From a virus (lineage: Duplodnaviria > Caudoviricetes), in IMG/VR virus record IMGVR_UViG_3300030332_001412, positions 2,204-66,203 of that record: DNA of 64,000 bases; one strand, written 5' to 3'. Made by a program: the position numbers and the translations under genes. Positions 46,476-54,603 of this stretch are shown piece after piece. How positions within the stretch are numbered: position 1 is the stretch's first letter; each line of letters opens with the position of its first letter. The notes under the pieces were generated by a model, which saw nothing but the letters and a program-made list of their open reading frames with translations, made no database searches and was not told the DNA's origin.

Positions 46476-46621
46476 TGGCCGACGACATCATTGCATTTCA
46501 GGCTGGCCGGGAGGCGGCGATTGCCGGAAAGAACCGGGACGCTCGCCGCAGCGCCGATTGGCTTGAGGGCTATGATCAGGTGTCCGAAGATATGAAGCGC
46601 GAGGCCCGGCAACGAGCCTGA
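46475..46621 (+). CDS. Rmf/CrpP-fold-like microprotein (48 aa, not in ORF track)
   Basis: MADDIIAFQAGREAAIAGKNRDARRSADWLEGYDQ...; resembles RMF GYQAGIAG...WLGGW. Confidence 0.5.
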   Translation: MADDIIAFQAGREAAIAGKNRDARRSADWLEGYDQVSEDMKREARQRA

Positions 46622-46640
46622 CGATCAAAACCCGGTCAAA

Positions 46641-47261
46641 TCATCGCCGCCGGAGCCGCAAGGCCTCGGCGGCTTTGCATTGCGCGGGGTCGATGTCGAT
46701 CCCGATGGCGTCGAGCCCCATGGCCTCGGCCATAGCGGGCACCGTCCCCCGGCCACAGAAGGGATCGACCAGCGGGAGGCGTGGCCGCCCGGCAAACTCA
46801 ATCGCCAGCTTGGCGGCGGTCATCCCCATGGCGTTCGGATAGAGCATGTGGCCGCGCTCAATGACATCGGGCGTCGCTGTCCCGGGCCGCGTCTTTTCAT
46901 CGCCCAAGGCGATCAGATGCGAGTAGCCGGGGCGATGGATGTCGGCCTTCCCCACCCCCCGGCGCAGCACGATCTTGTGCCATAGCACCCGCAGGCCCGC
47001 CGCCTCGCCGAGCCCCATGATCATCGCCGCCTTCGAATGCCATTGGCCCTCGGCCTTGCGGTCGGTCGCATAGATGACCGCTGGCGCTCCCGGAGCCAGA
47101 ACGGCGAACGTGCGCTCAAGCGCAGTGCGATAAAAGACCTCCCAATCCTCAATCGAACAGCCGAGTTCGTTCTGATCGGGCGGGCTGGCGACCACCGAGC
47201 AAGGCGGGCAATCGCCAGCGAGCCATTCGAGGGCGTCGGCGCAGACGATGCGCTTAGGCAT
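46641..47261 (-). CDS. beta-class amino-methyltransferase with variant SPPD motif
   Basis: IVCADALEWL, VVASPPD at N-terminus, VDPFCGRGT...IGIDID at C-terminus. Confidence 0.75.
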   Translation of the reverse strand: MPKRIVCADALEWLAGDCPPCSVVASPPDQNELGCSIEDWEVFYRTALERTFAVLAPGAPAVIYATDRKAEGQWHSKAAMIMGLGEAAGLRVLWHKIVLRRGVGKADIHRPGYSHLIALGDEKTRPGTATPDVIERGHMLYPNAMGMTAAKLAIEFAGRPRLPLVDPFCGRGTVPAMAEAMGLDAIGIDIDPAQCKAAEALRLRRR

Positions 47262-49041
47262 CGGCGCTGACGATTTCGAATTCGTCGCCTCCCTGATCCT
47301 CGCCCAGATCGCCGGAAAGCACCCGGTCCAAGCCCGCGTCGGTATCGACCGGGCCCAAGGCGTCGGTTGCCTGGCGCGGATTGCCCTTGATGAAAACGAG
47401 GATGTTCTGATGGGTCTTGCCTAGCTTGCGCCCGGCGCGGAATTGCTTGGCGGTCCTGATCGGCAGGGAGCCGACGCTGGTGACGAGGATCGCCTCATTG
47501 TAAAGCTGTGCGCCGGCCGCCTCGAAAGCCGCGATCGTCTTGCTGACGAAATTGGCGTAGATGCCGCGCTTGTCGCGATAATCGCCCACGACGAAACAGG
47601 CGAAACGATCATCGGCCAGCCGCGCGACCGCCTTGGCGATGATTTCCGCATAGACCTTGTCGAAAGCCGCGATGTCCATGGTGCTGATGTCATCGGGGTC
47701 GTCGCTATAGACCTCCAGATCGCCATACGGCGGGCAGGAAAAGATGAAATCGTAGCCGTCCCCGATCTGGTCGGCCTTGCCGGTCTTGGCCAGCACCGCG
47801 TTGCTATCGCCCGCGTGCCATTCCGGCGCGACGGGATCGCCAGCCTCAATCTCGGCAAGCGCGTCGGCGACGCCCGGCCATTGCTCTTGATTGGCGAGGA
47901 TTTGCTCGGGGCGCAGATCGATTCCGGTATATCGGCGCCCGAGCGCGCCAGCGACGATGCCGCGCACCGAGCCGCCAGCGAAGGGGTCAAGCACGCGCCC
48001 GCCCGCAGGGCTGAACCACCGATAGGCCAACTCGCAAAGCACCGGGTCGAAGATCGACGTGCCGCTGGACAGGTCGCTATCGGGCAGCACCCAATGATCG
48101 CGCTCGAATTCCTCGGGCGTCAGCTTGCGGCCCACCTTGGCTTCGGCGGCGGTCTTTTGCTCGTAATAGCGCGGGTGGCTCGACAGGGCATCCATCGTGA
48201 CGCCGCCGAGGCCCTTCTTGCGGCCCTTGCCCTGCTCGGCATAGCCCGCCGATGTGCCGGGCTTCCCGCCGCGCTCGGGCTTTATCTCGCCCTCCCCCTT
48301 GAGGATGTCCTGCCCAAGCGCGCGAGCCTTGCCCTTTCCGGCCTCGCGGGCGGCCTGCATGGCGGCGCGCTTCTCGGGGTCGGGCTCAAGCATCGTATCG
48401 GACATTTTGAGCAAGTTCTCGCCCCGGCCCACCTCGCTTTTGATGCCGAGCGCCAGCCACGCGCGCTTGCGCTGCATCCACCATCCCTCGCGGGCCGACA
48501 GGACCGTGAAGGGGGCGGCGAGGAATTCGCCAGCCAAGGAGCCGGCACCCGCCTTTGCGCCCGCTGGCGCGACCGGATCGCTGCCCTGCGCGAGCGCATC
48601 GAGGGCCGAGGTATCGAAGCCGATGATCGGCAGATCGAAATCGGCCGTCCGCAATTCTTCCAATTGCTCGTTGAGGATTTCGAGATCCCACCCGGCTTGG
48701 AGCGCCAATTGATTATCGCCGAGGCTATAGGCCTTGCGATCTTCCTCCGACCAGCCCGAGACATCGATAACCGGGACGGTGCCCTTGGTCAGCGGCTTGC
48801 CGCCGCTTTCCTTGCCGGGAGGCAAGTAGATCAGGCCGTCGGCCTCGTAGATCGCCCGGGCGGCCATCAGGCGGCCATGCCCGGCCCTGATCAGATCGTC
48901 GGCCAGGATGGGGTTGGTCCAGCCGAAGCGATTGATGGCGCTTACCAGCTGATCGATCTGGGCGGGGCTATGCGTGCGCGCGTTGCGCGGGTCGGGCTTG
49001 AGGTCGTCGATCTTGCGCAGGGCAATCTTGGGTGCGGGCAT
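47254..49041 (-). CDS. ParB-like N-terminal domain fused to DNA methyltransferase
   Basis: LKPDPRNARTH...RFGWTNPIL...AGHGRL (ParBc); SIFDPVLCE, VLDPFAGGSVRG, IFSCPPYGDLE. Confidence 0.85.
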   Translation of the reverse strand: MPAPKIALRKIDDLKPDPRNARTHSPAQIDQLVSAINRFGWTNPILADDLIRAGHGRLMAARAIYEADGLIYLPPGKESGGKPLTKGTVPVIDVSGWSEEDRKAYSLGDNQLALQAGWDLEILNEQLEELRTADFDLPIIGFDTSALDALAQGSDPVAPAGAKAGAGSLAGEFLAAPFTVLSAREGWWMQRKRAWLALGIKSEVGRGENLLKMSDTMLEPDPEKRAAMQAAREAGKGKARALGQDILKGEGEIKPERGGKPGTSAGYAEQGKGRKKGLGGVTMDALSSHPRYYEQKTAAEAKVGRKLTPEEFERDHWVLPDSDLSSGTSIFDPVLCELAYRWFSPAGGRVLDPFAGGSVRGIVAGALGRRYTGIDLRPEQILANQEQWPGVADALAEIEAGDPVAPEWHAGDSNAVLAKTGKADQIGDGYDFIFSCPPYGDLEVYSDDPDDISTMDIAAFDKVYAEIIAKAVARLADDRFACFVVGDYRDKRGIYANFVSKTIAAFEAAGAQLYNEAILVTSVGSLPIRTAKQFRAGRKLGKTHQNILVFIKGNPRQATDALGPVDTDAGLDRVLSGDLGEDQGGDEFEIVSADA

Positions 49042-49515
49042 TCAATCCTCCTTGGTGGGTGCCGGGGTCCAGCCATGGGCCCGGGCGTAATCTTCGATCT
49101 GTTTGACGCCGAGCGCGACCGCATCGGCAAAGGTGTGGGCGATCTGGACTTTCGAGTAAGCCCGCTGGCCGCCTTCATGCGGGAAAAGCATCTCGACATA
49201 GACGCAAGCCGCGCCGGTCGCGTCGGTATAGCGCCGGGCCGTGACGATCGGTTCGAAATCGGGCGGCAAGGCATCGACGCCAAGCTGGACGACGGGGTGC
49301 TGCTCGCCAGCGATGCCGAGCGTCAGCTTTGCGCCCGCCAGCAGGAACGCGGCCTCGCTGGCCTCGACCTCCCAAGCCGAGCGCATATAGCCCACGCCCC
49401 CGATCTGCTCGCGCCGGACGAATAGCGCGCTGCAATGGCCGTCGCTCCGCTCGTTCCAATCGGGCGGCGCGCCTAGCGGCTTCGGGTCGGCTCCTGCGAT
49501 GCGGACGGCTCTCAT
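49042..49515 (-). CDS. Hypothetical protein
   Basis: LGAPPDWN...GHCSALFVRR...SAWE conserved-looking phage motif. Confidence 0.6.
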   Translation of the reverse strand: MRAVRIAGADPKPLGAPPDWNERSDGHCSALFVRREQIGGVGYMRSAWEVEASEAAFLLAGAKLTLGIAGEQHPVVQLGVDALPPDFEPIVTARRYTDATGAACVYVEMLFPHEGGQRAYSKVQIAHTFADAVALGVKQIEDYARAHGWTPAPTKED

Positions 49516-49522
49516 TGGCCCG

Positions 49523-49855
49523 CTATATCCGCCGCCGCCTGCGCGGTCCACGCCGCTTGCGCTTCGCGCGTGCCTGGCCGCGTAGATGCTTGGGGATGGC
49601 CCAGACCCGGACCTTGCCGGTGCGCGTCTCCATCTGCCTGATCGTCTCGGGCACCCGGCCTCCGGGCCAAGGCGATGTGCGGAAGCCTTCGGCGCGCTCG
49701 CGCTCCAACTTTTCGAGGGCACAGACCACGCATCCATCCCGGGGCTTCCAAGCGGGGGATTGGCCGTGGCCTCTCGGGCATTTCTTTGGCTTGGGCGCCG
49801 GGTAGAGCGCGGCGAGCGAGCGGGGGTGGGGCTTTCGGCTGTGGTGGCGGCGCAT
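49523..49855 (-). CDS. Basic Zn-finger-like protein
   Basis: CPRGH...CVVC; Arg-rich tail. Confidence 0.45.
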   Translation of the reverse strand: MRRHHSRKPHPRSLAALYPAPKPKKCPRGHGQSPAWKPRDGCVVCALEKLERERAEGFRTSPWPGGRVPETIRQMETRTGKVRVWAIPKHLRGQARAKRKRRGPRRRRRI

Positions 49856-49896
49856 GGGCGATGTTGCACCACAGCGCCGGGCTCCGAGTCAATCGA

Positions 49897-50094
49897 TCAG
49901 CGCGCGGCCATCCTGAATCGTCCCCCGCGATGGTTGGCGGGGTTCTTGCGGCCATCCTCGGCGGGAGGCTCGGGGCCCATCGACCATTCGGGGTCGGCGG
50001 GGCGATGCTCGCAGGCGATGTCGGGTTTGACGCCGCAATAATAGCAGGGAAATCCGGGGTCGGGTCGGCGACCGCTGAAGGGGACGCGCCTCAT
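49897..50094 (-). CDS. Small Zn-finger protein
   Basis: CYYCGV...CEH; ATGA coupling. Confidence 0.5.
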   Translation of the reverse strand: MRRVPFSGRRPDPGFPCYYCGVKPDIACEHRPADPEWSMGPEPPAEDGRKNPANHRGGRFRMAAR

Positions 50095-50282
50095 TCGTCG
50101 CGCTCAATGATCTTTGCTTCGGGCTGGCCGGTGACAGCGACGACGCCGCCGAATTTCCGGCGCCGGTATTCCATGGTCTGGCGCACCCGCCGGGCTTCCT
50201 CGCGTCGCTTGGCGAAAAGCCAAAGGCCCATGGCGGGCACGCTGGCGGGGATCGACCAGAGAGCAATCTCCCACCAAGTCAT
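50091..50282 (-). CDS. Small single-TM protein
   Basis: ATGA coupling; WWEIALWSIPASVPAMGLWLF. Confidence 0.5.
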   Translation of the reverse strand: MTWWEIALWSIPASVPAMGLWLFAKRREEARRVRQTMEYRRRKFGGVVAVTGQPEAKIIERDE

Positions 50283-50455
50283 GCCGACGCCTCGCGCACC
50301 GGGCCAGCTTGAGCCATGATGCCGCGGAGATCCTCGACCCCTCGCCGGGCGTTGGCCTTGGTCGCATAGCCCTCGCTGGCGGCGACGATTTCGCCATTGA
50401 GGCCCTTGATGCGGAAGCGCCACTGGCCCGCCTCGTCCCGGTAAATTTCAATCAT
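50279..50455 (-). CDS. YegP/DUF1508-family protein (58 aa, not in ORF track)
   Basis: MIEIYRDEAGQWRFRIKGLNGEIVAASEGYATKANARRGVE. Confidence 0.85.
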   Translation of the reverse strand: MIEIYRDEAGQWRFRIKGLNGEIVAASEGYATKANARRGVEDLRGIMAQAGPVREASA

Positions 50456-50467
50456 GCCCGCTCGCTC

Positions 50468-51472
50468 CTATTTCGCGCCGCATCTGATCTTGGTATCGGT
50501 CCCGCCGACGCCACACTCGCCTTCGGCCTCAAGGTGCATGGGGTCGATGTCGATTAGCAATGGGGAGCGCGCCACATCGCGTTTCAGATCGGCGTAGGAA
50601 TATTCGGTCACAAATTGCGCTCCGCTGGCCTTGCTCGCCAGATCGCTGCCAAGCTGCTCAATGTCAATCCATGGGTCGATGCTGCCCGGGCGCTCACGCT
50701 CTTGGAACATCAGCACATCGCGGCCCTTCAGGAAGCAATGGGTGCAATTGCCCTCATAGGGCCACAGGCCCAGATCAAAGCCGAGGGGCAGCGGAAGGGT
50801 CGGCTTGCGCGGGTCGAGATTGCCGCCGAGCCAAAAGCGCCACACGTCGCGCTTGGTGGTGCCCGCCTTCAGCATCGGCCAGGCTGATTGCCACCGCTCC
50901 CGGCCTTCCTCGTTGCGGGCCTGTTGCTTGGCGATCCGGCGCATTTCATCGGCCCGGAGCCCGACGATATTGCGCCATTCCTCGTAGCCCTGCGCGAGCA
51001 TGAATTGCTTCATCGTATCGATCTTCAGTTCCGCCGTGCAGAACCGGCTCACCGCATTGGGCAAGTATCGCTTGCGATTGATCAGCGCCCGGAAGGGCTC
51101 GCCATCGCGCGAGGCGCTATTGAACCCCACCTCGTCGAACCGCTCGCTGGCGGGCGTCTTGGCTGATTCCCGATCTTTCCATTCAAGCCATCGGATGCGC
51201 ACGCCCCATCGGGTTGCGCATTCATGGACGAAGCGCAGGGTTTCCTCGCGCTCAAGCCCGGTATTGGCGAAAGTGACATGGCAATCGGCGGGCAGAACGC
51301 CGCCATGGGCCCACAGGATTTGAAACAGCATGAAGGCGCTGGTGCGCCCGCCGGAAAAGCTGATCAGCGCCGGGCCTTCGATCCAGAACGGGGAGGCCGG
51401 GTCGGGTGCTGGCCACCGCACCCGGCCATCAGGCCGGAAGGGGACGGGATAGTCGAGACCGGCGAACATCAC
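50468..51472 (-). CDS. PAPS-reductase/DndC-like PP-loop protein
   Basis: ISFSGGRTSAFM, FANTGLE, RFCTAELK, GLRADE, NCTHCFLK. Confidence 0.85.
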   Translation of the reverse strand: MMFAGLDYPVPFRPDGRVRWPAPDPASPFWIEGPALISFSGGRTSAFMLFQILWAHGGVLPADCHVTFANTGLEREETLRFVHECATRWGVRIRWLEWKDRESAKTPASERFDEVGFNSASRDGEPFRALINRKRYLPNAVSRFCTAELKIDTMKQFMLAQGYEEWRNIVGLRADEMRRIAKQQARNEEGRERWQSAWPMLKAGTTKRDVWRFWLGGNLDPRKPTLPLPLGFDLGLWPYEGNCTHCFLKGRDVLMFQERERPGSIDPWIDIEQLGSDLASKASGAQFVTEYSYADLKRDVARSPLLIDIDPMHLEAEGECGVGGTDTKIRCGAK

Positions 51473-51813
51473 GCGGGCTCGGGCGCGGGGACGCTCTCGG
51501 GTAAATCGATCTGCTCGGGGCTCAAGGGCGGCACCTTGCGGAAATGGCGACAGTCGAACGCCGCCCGGGCGTTTTCCTCCGTCGGGTGCTTGCCCGCGTT
51601 GCTGAATAGCAGATAGGCGGGCGCCGGGTCGTCGATCACATGGCCCGGAAAGCAGTCGGGCCCATAGACCATCACAACGTCGTAGATCATCGGCGGGCAG
51701 GGCTTCTGATCATCGGGCAGCGCGGTGGTATCGGGACCGATGGCCTTCGGCTTGCCGAACGGCTTGATGCACATCGCCTGATCGCCGGGGTTCCAATGGG
51801 GTTGCTCGGGCAT
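51469..51813 (-). CDS. Hypothetical protein
   Basis: CCCACCAAGGAG leader; WNPGDQAMCI. Confidence 0.6.
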   Translation of the reverse strand: MPEQPHWNPGDQAMCIKPFGKPKAIGPDTTALPDDQKPCPPMIYDVVMVYGPDCFPGHVIDDPAPAYLLFSNAGKHPTEENARAAFDCRHFRKVPPLSPEQIDLPESVPAPEPA

Positions 51814-51857
51814 TGCGTTCTCCTTGGTGGGACGCCCGATCTAGCGCGCCGGGGCGG

Positions 51858-52496
51858 CTATTGGCAAGGAGCCAGAAGATCGCGTTGCGCAGCGGCGCGG
51901 GTCAAAAGCGGCAGGGTCTTGGCGAATTTGGTGGCGCTGGTGCCGTCGATTGAGTCGACGCCAGCCCCGGCACAGATCGCGATCCGCCGGGCGGTATTGA
52001 CCCGGCCCGTATGGACGTAGAGCCCTCGCGCCTTGCCCCATCGGCCCCACGGTTCGATTGCGGCCAGTTTCCATTCGGTGCTGCCGCCGATGAACAGGCC
52101 GACGCGACGATCGATCAGCAGGGGCTCGACATCGGAAAAGGTCATCCCGTCTTGCACCGCGATCAGCAGGCGAGCGTCGCCCAGATCGGCGCGGGCCAGC
52201 AATCGGGGGAGCCATAACCGGGTGCGGGCCAAGCTGGCGAGGCAATCGGCGACCACATCGGGGACGACGATGAAATCAGCGCCCGGGCCGAATTGATCAA
52301 GCGCGTCGATGAAAGCCGCCTCGTTCCAATCGACGCCTTGGGAGAAGGCGGGCCAAGCGCCATTGTCGAGCGCGTGCCTCATGCCATGGAGCCTCGGGCC
52401 CCGGCCATCCAGCGGGCCGACCATCCAGCGCCATCCGGCATCGCGCAGGGCTTCGATATTGCGTCGCGTCGCGGTGCGCGAGGCGTAGCAGATCAT
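51858..52496 (-). CDS. dpdA: DpdA/TGT-like transglycosylase (TIM-barrel)
   Basis: ALDNGAW, FIVVPDVVAD, IAVQDG, LFIGGSTEWK, VHTGRVNT.RR, GVDSIDGT pattern of phage queuine-transglycosylase-like proteins. Confidence 0.7.
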   Translation of the reverse strand: MICYASRTATRRNIEALRDAGWRWMVGPLDGRGPRLHGMRHALDNGAWPAFSQGVDWNEAAFIDALDQFGPGADFIVVPDVVADCLASLARTRLWLPRLLARADLGDARLLIAVQDGMTFSDVEPLLIDRRVGLFIGGSTEWKLAAIEPWGRWGKARGLYVHTGRVNTARRIAICAGAGVDSIDGTSATKFAKTLPLLTRAAAQRDLLAPCQ

Positions 52497-53026
52497 GGGG
52501 TAAGACTGAAAGGCAGCGGCTCTTGATCGTCAGGAATGCGCGCTTTCCCCCGGGCCATCGGATGCTTCGGCGATCCGCTGGCATTAGTGCCGAGGCAGAT
52601 CAGATTAAGCGTGCCGATCTGTTCGACCATCGGCGCAATATCGGCGTCGCTGGCCAGATCGCCCCATGCGGCAAGGACCGGCGTGCCCTGTTGGCGCGCG
52701 ATGTCGAGCGCCTCCCTAACCGCCGCCTCTTGCCCATCGCCCCGGCGACGGACCTCGGCCATGCCCCAAAGCGCGCGGGGGTCACTGGATCGATGGCTGT
52801 TGAGATTGATGATCAGGATGCCGCCATAGCCCCACCGCTTGGCCCACTTGCAAAGCCGCTGGACCGTCAGATCGTCCTTTTTTTCATCGGCGGTAGATGG
52901 ATTGAACATGACGACGACCAGCATGGGAAGCGACCAAGCCCACCGCCGCCAGAGCCAGTAGCGGTGCTTGCGATCATCGGAAAGCACGGCCCCCATGTAG
53001 CCCTCGGGCTTGAGCGCGCCGGTCAT
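52493..53026 (-). CDS. DUF1643 family protein
   Basis: RYWLWRRW...VMFNPSTAD...DLTVQRL...INL...SSDP.AL...AAWG...HP. Confidence 0.9.
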   Translation of the reverse strand: MTGALKPEGYMGAVLSDDRKHRYWLWRRWAWSLPMLVVVMFNPSTADEKKDDLTVQRLCKWAKRWGYGGILIINLNSHRSSDPRALWGMAEVRRRGDGQEAAVREALDIARQQGTPVLAAWGDLASDADIAPMVEQIGTLNLICLGTNASGSPKHPMARGKARIPDDQEPLPFSLTP

Positions 53027-53202
53027 CGCCGCCTCGGCCTGCTGGCGTGGTTATGATCGACCGGCTTGACGGTCTTGACGCGCCGGGCGCTGGCGAGCGC
53101 GAGCGCGACATATTCGTCCAGTTCCTCTTGCGTCAGCAGGCGGTGGCCGCCCGCCCTTTCGATCTGTTCGGCCCGGCGGGCCTCGCTTGGCGTCTGTGGC
53201 AT
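53023..53202 (-). CDS. Hypothetical microprotein
   Basis: SD GGAGG; ATGA coupling to DUF1643. Confidence 0.5.
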   Translation of the reverse strand: MPQTPSEARRAEQIERAGGHRLLTQEELDEYVALALASARRVKTVKPVDHNHASRPRRR

Positions 53203-53269
53203 TAGAAATCGCCTCCGTATGGGCACCCGCCACACGCGCGGGTGCGATGATCGATCAGCTTTGCAGCTG

Positions 53270-53512
53270 TCATGCCTTGCTGGCCTTCCATGCCTCGAAT
53301 GCGATGGCGTGGGCCGGGCAGAGGTCTTTATCGGGCGCCGGGCTGGTGGTGCAGCGGTCGCAGATCGGGGCGTCGCAAGTGCCTGATTTGCGCGACGGGA
53401 CTTTCCAATCGCACAGCAGGGTGGCGCGCCGGCCGCATTTGCATCGGCGCGTGGGCCCGCAGACGATGGCGTGGCCAAAGCCGCCGGGCGAGGGGATGAA
53501 GGTGCAAGCCAT
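53270..53512 (-). CDS. Cys-rich hypothetical protein
   Basis: CKCG..ATLLCDW...TCDAPICD.C...DLCP.H. Confidence 0.7.
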   Translation of the reverse strand: MACTFIPSPGGFGHAIVCGPTRRCKCGRRATLLCDWKVPSRKSGTCDAPICDRCTTSPAPDKDLCPAHAIAFEAWKASKA

Positions 53513-53814
53513 CAGACGCCTTCGGGCTTTGATTTCGCCAGCCGGGCCTCCATGGCCGCCATTGCGCGTTCGGCGTCGACGAGGCGGCGGTTCAATGCGG
53601 TGCAGCGATTGGCGGTATCGGAGCCCTGCCGGGCGAGGATGGCGCAGCGATCCTCAAGATCTTCGATGCGGGCGCGCAGATCGCGATTCGAGCCCTCGAC
53701 CGGGCGACAGGTGCAGCCGTTATCGCCATAGACCGCGCCGCCCATGCAGCCGGGGATCATTATCCGGTTCCCGGCCTCGTCATACTCGTAATGGCATTGA
53801 TCGACCGCGATCAT
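53512..53814 (-). CDS. Hypothetical protein with coiled coil
   Basis: IPGCMG.AVYG..GCTC; TGATG coupling. Confidence 0.6.
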   Translation of the reverse strand: MIAVDQCHYEYDEAGNRIMIPGCMGGAVYGDNGCTCRPVEGSNRDLRARIEDLEDRCAILARQGSDTANRCTALNRRLVDAERAMAAMEARLAKSKPEGV

Positions 53815-53978
53815 CGATCAGCGACCGCATCGGCGACCCAGATCAGCGTCGCCCCTATGGCCGCCCATATCGCGACCTCGATGTTGCGGCTGGTCAGCCA
53901 TATCACGATGCCGATGGTGGCCCCGAAGGGTATGCCCACCAGCAAGCCCGCCGCGATCTTGACGAGCAAGTGCCTCAC
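53811..53978 (-). CDS. 55-aa two-TM protein (not in ORF track)
   Basis: VRHLLVKIAAGLLVGIPFGATIGIVIWLTS..EVAIWAAIGATLIWVA; overlaps both neighbours. Confidence 0.55.
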   Translation of the reverse strand: MRHLLVKIAAGLLVGIPFGATIGIVIWLTSRNIEVAIWAAIGATLIWVADAVADR

Positions 53979-54367
53979 CGCCCGGGCCCGATCTGGCGAG
54001 CGTCCATGCCGCGACGATCAGCGGGGTCGCTGATAATTTCGACCGCCGGGGTTTTTGCGTGAGGATGGCCTGCCCGGGCCGGGTTCCAATCCCACGGCGG
54101 ATCGCTCACGCCCGCTCGAAACGGGTTGGCTCGGGCGTCGCCATACATGGCCCGGAATATCTGCTCCTCCTGCGCGCGGGCGCGGGCCTCGGCCTCGCGG
54201 CGCATGAATTCTTCGGACAGGCGCGTCGCGTGGGGACTGATGCGCTCCAAGTCCTCAAGCGTCCATTCGCCCCCTTTGACGCGAAAGGTCGCGGCAGCGG
54301 AATGATCTGGGCCGCTCGACAGATCAAAGCCCATCACTTTGCCGGTGGGGAATTTGCGATCAGTCAT
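53975..54367 (-). CDS. Hypothetical protein
   Basis: MTDRKFPTGKV..., ATGA coupling. Confidence 0.55.
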   Translation of the reverse strand: MTDRKFPTGKVMGFDLSSGPDHSAAATFRVKGGEWTLEDLERISPHATRLSEEFMRREAEARARAQEEQIFRAMYGDARANPFRAGVSDPPWDWNPARAGHPHAKTPAVEIISDPADRRGMDARQIGPGR

Positions 54368-54603
54368 AGCCGGGGGCCCATCCAATAGGTCTCGTCATTG
54401 CGCCGCGCTCGGCTGTTCTCTTGCCGGGTCGAGCGGATCTCATGCCCGGCGCGCCTGATGTGGCAGATCATCACCTTAACGCTCGCGGGACTGACCATTG
54501 CCTGGCGGGCAATCTCGTTCCGCGTCAGGCCATCGGGCCCGGCGTCATTGATGACATTGACGATGCGGGTCTGCCCGGGCGTCAGGCCGGTCGCGGCGCT
54601 CAC
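54364..54603 (-). CDS. Winged-HTH protein
   Basis: LTPGQTRIV...LTRNEIAR...SVKVMICHIRRAGHEIRS. Confidence 0.65.
   Translation of the reverse strand: MSAATGLTPGQTRIVNVINDAGPDGLTRNEIARQAMVSPASVKVMICHIRRAGHEIRSTRQENSRARRNDETYWMGPRL

Noticed and set aside
47254-47900. ParABS partition system from the ParB-like domain
   Set aside because: The domain is fused to an MTase, and no ParA or parS-like array was seen.
50468-51472. Phosphorothioation (Dnd/Ssp) system or sulfate-assimilation auxiliary gene
   Set aside because: Only a DndC/CysH-like gene is present; no dndA/B/D/E, ssp or cys genes in the window.
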